Below are positions 52,157 through 62,037 of a DNA stretch of 64,000 nt, piece by piece. This DNA is from Mobula birostris. Taxonomy: Eukaryota. Location: NCBI RefSeq assembly GCF_030028105.1, contig NC_092384.1, positions 12,550,316 to 12,614,315 on the forward strand, written 5' to 3'. Every line of letters starts with the position of its first letter. The first letter of the stretch is position 1. A program made the translations under genes and the position numbers. The notes under the pieces are model-generated. The model was not told the origin of the DNA. It searched no databases and saw nothing but the letters and a program-made list of their open reading frames with translations.

Positions 52157-52477
52157 CTGTGGATCAAACTTCGTTCAATGCATCTCAATCGCCCAAAGAA
52201 GCGGTGGTATCCAAAGGAGAGAACGTCACGTTCTACTGCGTATTTCCCATTTCTCAGGATGAATCCTGGGTAAAAGTCTACTGGCGGAAACAGGGCGAGA
52301 ATGAATACCAACGGACAAGCACCGGCAGCAGAAAACGTTCCGGTCAGAGAGGTAAAAGAACTTGGTACTTTGAGTTGCAAAATGTAATGGTCCAAGATTC
52401 TGGATTGTATCTGTGTTCATTGACCTGCAAAGAATCGCCTGCAAGAAATGGAACCGGATCACTTCTAAAGGTTCACG
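52157..52477 (+). CDS. IgSF receptor exon 2: V-set domain with a germline-joined J-like G strand
   Basis: Acceptor ttttccttttttag and donor CACG|gtgagc, 321 nt, phase 1-1. Contains SQSP..GENVTFYC, VYWRK, DSGLYLC and NGTGSLLKV. Confidence 0.93.
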
Positions 52478-52974
52478 GTGAGCTAAAGTAGCTGGAGAAC
52501 ATATTATCTATAAAGTACATAGAATGTAACACGCTAATAAACAGGCCCACTATGAAAATGTCCTTTAACATCATTTGAAAAAAAAAACAAGCAAGGGAAA
52601 ATCTGCCAGATGATGGAAATCCAAGCAACACACACAAAATGCTGGAGGATCTCAGCAGGCTAGGCAGTATATCTGGAAAAGTGTACAGTCGACATGTCGG
52701 GCCAAGACCCTTCACTCAGTCCTTATGAATTCATCATTTTGTATGAGTTGCTTTAACATCCTTTGTCCAGGGTATGTTGTGAGAATAAGGTCAATGCTCT
52801 ATCCCTGTCTGCGAATAAGAGGTGCTCTAAGGGTTTGCTATAAATCTTTTAATTCACTGAATTTTACAACATCCTGACTCTGTTATCCAATACTAGTAAC
52901 CGGAGTTTTGTCTCTATTGATCTGTAATACAGAGACATTCATAAAGTTTCACTCTCTGCGTGTGTACCTACTTC

Positions 52975-55015
52975 CAAGCACCTTAGAACTATGCCCTCTA
53001 GTGCTAGTTATTTCAGCCCTGGGGAAAAGCCTCTGATTATTCACACGATCATTGCCTCTCATTATCTAGAACACCTCTATCAGGTCACCTCTCATCCTCT
53101 GTCGCTTCAAGGAGAAAAGACCAAGTTCACTCAACCTATTCTCATAAGGCATGCTTCCCAACCCAGGCAACATACTTGCAAATCTCCTCTGCACCCTTTC
53201 TATGGTTTGCACGTCCTTCTTGTAGTGAGGTGACCAGAACTGAGCAGAGTACTCCAAGTGGGATCTGACCAGGGTCCTACATAGCTGCAACGTTACCTCT
53301 CGGCTCTTAATCTCAATCCCACGATTGTTGAAGGCCAATGCACCGTATGCCTTCTTAACCACAGCACCAACCTGTGTAGCAGCTTTGAGTGTCCTATGGA
53401 CTCGGATTCCAAGAACCCTCCGATCTTCCACACTGCCAAGAGTCTTACCATTAATGCTATATTCTGCCATCATATTTGACCTACCAAAATCAACTTATCT
53501 GGGTTGAACTCCATCTGGCACTTCTCAGCCCAGTTTTGCATTCAATCAATGTCCCATTGTAACCTCTGACAGCACTCCACACTATCCACAACAACCCGTC
53601 ATCAGCAAATTTACTAGCCCATCCCTCCATTTCCTCATCCTGGTCATTTATAAAAATCACAACGAGTAGGGGTCTCAGCACAGATCCCTGAGGCACACTG
53701 CTGGTCATAGGCCTCCATGCAGAATGTGACCCATCTACAACCACTCTTTGCCTTCTGTGGGCAAGCCAGTTCTGGATCCACAAAGCAATGTCCACTTGGA
53801 TCCCATGCCTCCGTAATTTCTCAATAAGCCTTGTATGGGGTACCTTATCAAATGCCTTGCTAAAATCCATGTACACGACATCTATGGCTCTACCTTCATC
53901 AGTGCGCTTAGTCGCATCCTCAAAAAGTTCAGTCAGGCTCGTAAGGCACGACCTGCCTTAGACAAAGCCATGCTGACTATTCCTAATCATATTATGCCTC
54001 TCCAGATGTTTATAAATCCTGCCTCTCAGGATCTTGTCCATCAACTTACCAACCACTGAAGAAAGAGTTACCGGTCTATAATTTCCTGGGCTATCCCTAG
54101 TCAAGTCAAGTCAACTCAAGTCAAATTTATTTATATAGCACATATAAAAACAACCCATGTTGACCAAAGTGCTGTACAAACCATAACAGGTAGCTAAAAT
54201 CGCAAATACAAGAAACACAGACATAAACAACAAAACACACAGCTTATAGGCACAAACTAAACAACACATGAGCCTGGGCACAAGCCAAAAATCCCTACTC
54301 CCTTTCTTGAAGAAGGGAACAATATCCGCAACCCTACAATCCTCCAGAACCTCTCCCATCCTCATTGATGATGCAAAGATCATTGCCAGAGGCTGAGCAA
54401 TCTCCCCCTCGCTTTCCACAGTAGCCTGGGTAGATCCCGTCCAGTCCTGGTGACTTATCCAACTTGATATTTTCCAAAACCTCCAGTACATCCTTTTCCT
54501 TAATATCTACATGCTTAAGCTTTTCATCCCACTGCAAATCATCCCTACAATCGCCAAGATCCTTTTCTGTAGAGAATACTGAAGCAAAGTACTCATTAAG
54601 TACCTCTGCTATCTCCTCCGTTTCAATTCACACTTTTCCACTATCACACTTGATCGGTCCTATTATCTCACATCTTATTCTCTTGCTCTTCACATACTTG
54701 TAGAATGCCTTGGGGTTTTCCTTAATTCTGTCCGCCAAGGTCTTCTCATGACCCCTTCTGGCTCTCCTAATTTTGTTCTTAAGCTCCTTCCTGCTAGCCT
54801 TATAATCTTCTAGATTCCTATCATTACCTAGTTCTTTGAACCTTTCTTAATCTCTTCTTTTCTTCTTGACTAGATTTACAACAGCCTTTGTACACCACGG
54901 ATCTTGTACCCTACCATTCTTTCCATGGCTCATTGGAATGTACCTACTCAGAACCCCACACAAATATCTCCTGAACATTTGCCACATATCTTCCGTACAT
55001 TTCCCTGAGAACATA
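52975..55015 (-). mobile_element. CR1 LINE (RT to 3' part) in the receptor intron, with a LINE tail inserted at about 54105-54285
   Basis: ORFs 53066..53473 and 53490..53876 carry [19 protein letters not shown] and HLEYSAQFWSP. The insert begins (tcaag)n. Confidence 0.9.
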
Positions 55016-55484
55016 TTATAACTTTCCAATATGCATTAAATCCCAATTTCCAATGGTCCTACCATTGTATTCTCATCTCTGACTGCTTAAGTTACTGTTT
55101 GACATTCCAAAGGAAGTATAGAATAAATATAAAGGATTTAAAAGACAGTGTGTAACCCCCTGCTGGTCAACTACTCTGCACTGTATACTGGAGTGTGGAA
55201 AATTCAAAACTAAACCATGCACTCCTTCAATTATTGAAGGGTGATGAAGCATGCAAATGGTATGGTGTTGACTGCTGGCGAATTTGAAAATGGTATACTA
55301 TTTTCATCCACCTCGGTAAAGATATTTTTATTATAAAGCAGCTTACTTATTCATTTTCACACAATTAAGCAGCTGTTTGCTCTTGAAGTGTAAAACACAT
55401 TTCAAGTTTCTCCCTGCTGCCTTTTGTCAGGATTATTTGCTTAATTCTTTGGACTTCGTAAAAATAGATTATGAATATCAAAAG

Positions 55485-56540
55485 GGCCCCTTTCGGAATG
55501 GCGGGCGGTGACCAGTGGGGTACCGCAGGGATCAGTGCTAGGACCACAGCTGTTTACAATATATATATATATATTAATGATTTAGATGAGGGAATTAAAA
55601 GTAGCATTAGCAAATTTGCCGATGACACAAAGCTGGGTGGCAGTGTGAAATGTGAGGAGGATGTTATGAGAATGCACGGTGACTTGGACAGGCTGGGTGA
55701 GTGGGTAGATGCATGGCAGATGCAGTTTAATATGGATAAATGTGAGGTTATCCACTTTGGTGGTAAGAACGGGAAGGCAGATTATTATCTAAATGGAGTC
55801 AAGTTAGGAAAAGGGGAAGCACAACGAGACCTAGGTGTTCTTGTACATCAGTCACTGAAAGCAAGCATGCTAGTACAGCAGGCAGTGAAGAAAGCCAATG
55901 GCATGCTGGCCTTCATAACAAGCGGAATTGAGTATAAGAGCAAAGAGGTCCTTCTGCAGCTGTACAGACCCCTGGTGAGACCACACCTGGAGTACTGTGT
56001 GCAGTTTTGGTCTCCAAATTTGAGGAAGGACATTCTTGCTATTGAGGGAGTGCAGCGTAGGTTCACAAGGTTAATTCCCGGGATGGCGGTACTGTCATAT
56101 GTGGAAAGATTGGAGCGACTGGGCTTGTATACTCTGGAATTTAGAAGGCTGAGAGGGGATCTTATTGAAACATGAGATTATTGAGGGATTGGACACGCTG
56201 GAGGCAGGAAGCATGTTCCCGCTTATGGGTAAGTTCAGAACCAGAGGCCACAGTTTAAGAATTAGGGGTAGGCCATTTAGAACGGAGTTGAGGAAAAACT
56301 TTTTCACCCAGAGAGTGGTGGATATATGGAATGCTCTGCCCCAGAAGGCTGTGGAGGCCAAGTCTCTGGATGCTTTCAAAGAAAGAGATGGATAGAGCTC
56401 TTAAGGATAGCAGAATCAAAGGTTATGGGGATAAGGCAGGAACTGGATACTGATTGTGGATGATCAGCCATGATCACAGTGAATGGAAGTGCTGGCTCGA
56501 AGGGCCCAATGGCCTACTCCTGCACCTATTGTCTATTGTC
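55485..56540 (+). mobile_element. CR1 LINE RT C-terminus and 3' end in the receptor intron
   Basis: ORF 55471..56175 carries INDLDEG, FADDTK and [11 protein letters not shown], ending in a (tattgtc)n tail. Confidence 0.93.
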
Positions 56541-56744
56541 TAAGTGGCATTATGACCACTGAGTTATTGAGATACAGCAAATACTGTCTAATATGAATCA
56601 GGGTCAGGTATTTACAGCTGATATAGATCATAATAATATTTCTTCAAATGAAACATCACAGTTAATGAACCTAAGGACAATTTAAGGGAAATATTTCAAT
56701 ATCGCAACATCAGTTAGCTTTTTTTTCCTTTATCTGTTCCACAG

Positions 56745-57044
56745 TAGTACCAACTCTGTTGAAAATTTTCGCAAAAAAGCATTCACCTACTGCCTTCATT
56801 ATTGTGTGTGAAACAACTGCCTTTAATCCGAAGGACTTCTCGCTTACCTGGTATGAAAATGGTGTTGAAATAGTCTTGGGCATGCAGACCAATGTAAAGA
56901 ACACCGAAGGTCTTTATTAGGTTTCAAGCAACTTGACAGAGATGCATCAAGATAAGAATGGCCCAAATTATACCTGTTTGGTATCTTGTGTCTCCCTCAA
57001 TACTTCAGCGGTGGCAGTCTATTCTATTTCTGAATCTAAACAGG
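56745..57044 (+). CDS. IgSF receptor exon 3: C1-set domain with one in-frame TAG (56918-56920)
   Basis: Polypyrimidine acceptor ...ttccacag and donor CAGG|gtatga, 300 nt, phase 1-1. Translates IVCETTAFNPKDFSLTWYENG...TEGLY*VSSNL...YTCLVSCVSL, with the C1 hallmarks CxxxxFxP, WxxNG and YxCxV. Confidence 0.85.
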
Positions 57045-58132
57045 GTATGAAACCATTTCCTGTTAATTTCTCAAATATACATAACATTAATAATTAATAA
57101 TTTGTTAAAGGTCTCAAGGAAAACCCACTTTCATTCATTGAAACTTAAGTACAGCGTACTGTTAAAGGGATTTTATTTAATATCGAGTTCTGTGGGTTGC
57201 AAGACAGGCATTAATAAAAACACTGCTCTGCGACAAAATTATACATTTAATGTCTTTTGTATTTTTAGAAATTTGGGAGCAAGTTTATTCATCTTTATAA
57301 CTTGCATGTCCACCCACGTGTATTGATATTTCTTCTGTGTTCCATTTGGAAAAAAAAAAATCATTCTTTGCCAGTGATTCCGTACCTTTCAGTTGAACTG
57401 TTTGCAGGAGTTTCCGTTCTGTTTCTAGTTTCCATCAGATTTCCATTTGAGACATATAAAGTATCTCAACTCCAGTTCTCTCCACGTAAATATCCCCTGA
57501 ACATTTGTCACAGTTCTTCAGTACATTTTCCTGAAACCTTCTGTTCCCAACTTCTGCTTTCAAGTTCCTGCCTGATAGCTTCATATTCCCCCTTACTCCT
57601 ATTAAATGCTTTCCTAATTTATCTGCTCCTATCCCTCTCCAATGCTATAGTAAAGGAGACAGAATTGTGATCACTATCTCCAAAATGCTCTCCCACTGCC
57701 AGATCTGACACCTGACCAGGTTAACTTTCCAGTACCAGATCAAGTACAGCCTCTCCTCTTGCAAGCTTATCTATATATTGTGTCAATCTTGCACTGGGAA
57801 AATTGTTTCAGACATTGCTGCTACAATCCTCTTATCATGTGCAATCCATCAGCCATAGTCACATCGAGCCTGAGATCAATTAAACACACTTTAATTGTCC
57901 AATATCAGAATAACTACGGGGTTTATTTTGATAAACAGAGCGCTGTGTATTTTATTTACTAATTTTCTCTCATATTTTTATGTTGTGTTGTGTTGTCTTA
58001 TCCGCTATTATTCACACACCCCAACGCCACCACTAGCACGAGCACCAGTAGCGACCCTTCATCTCCTCTCAGAAAAGAGAGTTATATATTTACTTCTCAG
58101 CTTCTATAACGTATATTCTTTCAAACCTCCAG

Positions 58133-58246
58133 GTTCCTCTGGCAACTCTCCTTCCATTTGGTTTCTCCGTTGTGCGATGGGCGGACCGGCGATTCTACTG
58201 CTAATGGTCGTCACTGGGACGGTGTGCCGAAAGCAGGAAAGAAAGG
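58133..58246 (+). CDS. IgSF receptor exon 4: stalk, transmembrane segment with Arg, basic stop-transfer
   Basis: Acceptor ttcaaacctccag and donor AAGG|gtatga, 114 nt, phase 1-1. Translates (G)SSGNSPSIWFLRCAMGGPAILLLMVVTGTVCRKQERK. Confidence 0.75.
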
Positions 58247-58607
58247 GTATGATTTAAAGAACATTTCCCAAATCCACAAGCAAGACAAAAAAAAAATTTC
58301 CTCGTCTTTTCCAGGACAGCACAATCATCACTGGGGTTTCTCTAAACTGCGATGTCTGGGTCACGTATTTCAGATATTTAGCAGAAGTCAAGCATTCAAT
58401 TCTCAGCCAGACTATGACGTGGTTAATTATCTTTTCCAATTCTCTCGCCATATATTTCGTTCGCATGCCAAACGATTACTCTATTTTCCGGAACAAGAAA
58501 ATGCGATTGGTGTAAGCAAAGAAATCCTGAATTTTTTTTTGCAAAATTTGTAGCTACTCAGAGAGAGAGAACATTTGGCCTACTGTGCTTTGTGCCTGCT
58601 TTCACAG

Positions 58608-58641
58608 GATTTGAAGCTCCAATTTATTCCCCTGTAACAAG
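58608..58641 (+). CDS. IgSF receptor exon 5: cytoplasmic exon with a YxxV motif
   Basis: Acceptor tgctttcacag and donor ACAAG|gtacgc. Translates (G)FEAPIYSPVT(R) and ends in phase 2. The next good acceptor (59876) would give R followed by TAA. Confidence 0.6.
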
Positions 58642-58960
58642 GTACGCACACGATTCTCCGCCAATAACACATACTTCAGGACATTTAGAGTTGCCAGTTC
58701 ACTTAACTTCTATTACTATGGATGAGGGAGGTTCCCAGGATATTTTAAGAGAAAAACATGCGATTTCTCGGAGAATGTGGAAACATCTGAGATCACAACC
58801 GACCTGAGATCGCTGGAAGTGGTTGCGGTGGAATAACTATTGCGCTCCTGTGACACGTTGGGCAAAAGCCAATACAAGAGATTCTGCAGATGCTAACATT
58901 TGTGTGCTACTATAAATATCTTTACGATCATTTCGTTAACAATTTTGTGAATGGTGCTAC

Positions 58961-59844
58961 TGTTAGGTAACCGGCAACAATGAATTTTAATCGACTTTTA
59001 TGAAAACAACCAAACATTTATTAAACATATATAAACGATAAGGAAAAAAAAAAACAAATGAAAACTTTAACTAGAGGTTAAACAGGTACGCAGCCATTCA
59101 TCAACTGCACTCGGCTCTGGTTCTTACAGCGTTAAATGCGAAAACAGTTCTTAAAGCGATACAGTCAGATATAGTTCTTAAAGCGATAACTTCGAAAGTC
59201 CAACAGTTTTACACATTCAATTGGGAGAGACTTCTCTGGAGAAAGATTTCTTCACCGACGCACCTTTACTGCCGATTCTGTCCACAGGATTCCCGATGCC
59301 GAAAATAAACAGTTTAAATCGACTGACCTTAAATTCCTTTTAGAGAGAGAGAGAGAGAGAGCTTTTGTGCATGAACTCATTGCGCTATTGCAAGAGTTAT
59401 CTCGATGCAGGTTCTCTTCAACGAAGAATCAATAAGGTCGATCCTTTATTAAACTGCCAAACAATTCCGACTTCTCTCGATCCTTCACTTCAATGAATTC
59501 TTCACTCTCCCTTCAAAATTGTCGGAATTGAGTAAATTGGCACTTCCAGCCACAAATTTCCAGTTCAATAATACAAATCTTGTAAGAGAACGCACCTTCC
59601 GTTTTAAAAATGAAACTGCGTCACAAAAACAAACACGCAACAGAAACGGAAATACAACACGTTCAACATGGAAATCTACAAACTCAAAAACCCTCTGCGT
59701 TACCTGAGTCGACCCTTATATAGTCACGGGGGGGGCACATGTCATCACGTGACCTCACAACGGCGGGAAAATCACATCAGGTGACCTCCAAAAGACCGTT
59801 ACATCATTTTCACAAAAAACCCAGATCTCCTTGAGCATGTAACA
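58961..59844 (-). mobile_element. Gypsy-type solo LTR (884 bp) in the last receptor intron
   Basis: TGTTAG...GTAACA ends and a perfect 4-bp TSD CTAC. Same family as 49622-50489. Confidence 0.9.
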
Positions 59845-60691
59845 CTACACTTTCATGTCATTATATTTCGTTCCAGATAAGGACGAATGCTTTATGGAAG
59901 CGAATCATTGTGAGGTTTGTCCATGCGTACATATAACGCCATATATTCTGGTCATTCAATGGACGATCTGTTCTGGACAGAATTAACGAGAGTCTTATTA
60001 CAACAGTTTGTGCTTGCATAGTCTGCTTATTCTTCTTGTCGCTAACAATGAATCAAATCTTGTTAAGACGTATATTTGGAATTTATTTATTTATTTATTT
60101 ATGCATTTCATCATATATACTTAAATGACATAAACTAAATTATCTCGTGTTGATAGTGTCGTGGTTTCTCACAAATGCCAAGGAGACACAGAACATCTTT
60201 CAAGTACTTTCAAACTTTAATTTGCAAATCAAAGCTGAGACAATCAGAAAGCTAGATGCTGACTGCATGTCGAACCTTGTACATAGCATTTTTTATAGCA
60301 ATTCTCCTATCTTAGCTACATTATCATATCTAATCGGCCTGTGATTACATATGATCAATATATCCGCTCTTAACTTTCCACTATTGTTTTACTCCCCAAC
60401 TTAATTATGTCCTAGTTTACATTTTTGGACCATATGTCTTCTCATCCCTAACCACAGTTATTTCTTAACTAGCCATGCATTGACATATTGCCACATATTT
60501 CATCATCTTACCTGCCACCATTATCTTTCTACTTGATTTCATTCTAGTTCTCTTCATGAATTAATAGTGAACAGGTCAAAAGTCATGGCTACATAGTGAA
60601 TACCTTCTAAAGAGCTAACAGTGGTTACATAGTAAATATTGTAGAAAATACGATGTGTGCATTTGAGTAAATACTGTAATACATTTGAGTT

Positions 60692-62037
60692 GATATAACT
60701 TAGGAAGCTGACCGAGGGGACGTGGAATTCGCACTTCTCCGCCTTTACGAATAATTTATTCTCCCCCAGCGTCTGCAGGACTTGACGGACATGATGAATG
60801 TATTGGGGACTGTTGGAAAAGATTAGGATGTCATCCAGATAGACAAACACAAAGCGTTTAATAAAGTCTCTTAGTACGTCGTTAATCAAGGCTTGAAAAA
60901 CTGCGGGGGCATTGGTGGGGCCAAAAGGCATGACCAAGTACTTGAAGTGGCCTAAAGGGGTATTGAATGCTGTCTTGCGCTCGTCCCTCTCCCTTATTCG
61001 GACCAGATGGTAGGCGCTTCGTAGGTCCAACGACGAGAAGATGGTGGCTCCGTGAAGTGGTTCGAACGCAGAACTTATCAGAGGCAGTGGGTACTTGTTC
61101 TTTATGGTTATATGATTTAGGTCGCGGTAGTCGATGCAGGGACGTAGTGAACCATCTTTCTTCCCCACAAAGAAGATCACTGCACCCACCGGGGAGGATG
61201 AGGGTCGGATGATACCCGCCGCAAGAGATTCACTGATGTAACCCCCCCATTGCTTCCCTCTCTGGCCGGGACAAGTCATATAGCCGAATGGTGGATAGAG
61301 GAGCTCCGGGGAGAAGGTCAATAGCACAATCGTATGGTCAGTGTGGAGGCAGGGAAAGGGCACGTTGTTTACTAAACACTTGTCCCAGGTCGTGGTACTT
61401 CGCTGGAACACTGGACAAGTCAGGGGGTTCAACGGCAGGTCAGGTCGAGGTGGTTTTTACAGGGGAAAGGGCCGACTGCAGACAAGTGGCCTGACAAAAC
61501 CGACCCCAGCTGGCTATCTTTCCGGTAGACCAAACAATGTAAGGGTTATGGCGGCTTAACCAGTGGTACCCAAGAACTATTGGAGCTTGTTGCAGATGAT
61601 TCGTGTCTGCTGGGTTCATGTTGGCCAGTTTGTTCTGTTGCACGGGGCGATTGAGGAGAACCCAAGTGCAGGACACCGGCACGTCGACTGAGTTGTGGAT
61701 GCGGGCGTAGACATGAACGTAGAACAGCAAACCAGAGGAATCTTGACAAGGAGACAGGATCTGCAGGGACTATCTTGAAACTAGAGCAGAACTTGGAAGT
61801 TAACCTAGAAGTAACAGTTCTAAGCGAACGAGAGGACGAAGTACCAAACAAGAATAGACCAACAAACTGGCGTCCTGTGCAGTGATGCCATCGTACTTAT
61901 TTCACAGTCTCTGATACAAACCAGGTGTACTGTAATTAAGTAAACTAGCAGCAATTGGAATTCTAGTAGCTTTAATTAGGGCATAATCAGGGAGAAAGGA
62001 GCGTTAAAGGGGAACAACCAAACGGAACCATGAGAAC
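60692..62037 (-). mobile_element. Deleted sushi/Tf1-type Ty3/Gypsy element: 5' LTR (about 61636-62037), gag start, protease end, RT
   Basis: RT motifs: [45 protein letters not shown] and [10 protein letters not shown]. Gag MNPADTNHLQQA is fused directly to PIVLGYHWLSRHNP. Confidence 0.88.

Noticed and set aside
56918-56920. In-frame stop as a selenocysteine codon
   Set aside because: The codon is TAG, not TGA. It sits at a non-catalytic Ig position, and no SECIS was recognised.
49622-59844. Idea that the two similar LTRs are the ends of one retroelement that captured the Ig gene
   Set aside because: Each LTR has its own TSD, there is no PBS, PPT or gag-pol between them, and the gene retains its introns.
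59877-59985. Phase-1 reading DKDECFMEANHCE... as a further cytoplasmic exon
   Set aside because: The upstream exon ends in phase 2, which gives R followed by TAA. No bridging exon was found, so a longer tail is unsupported.
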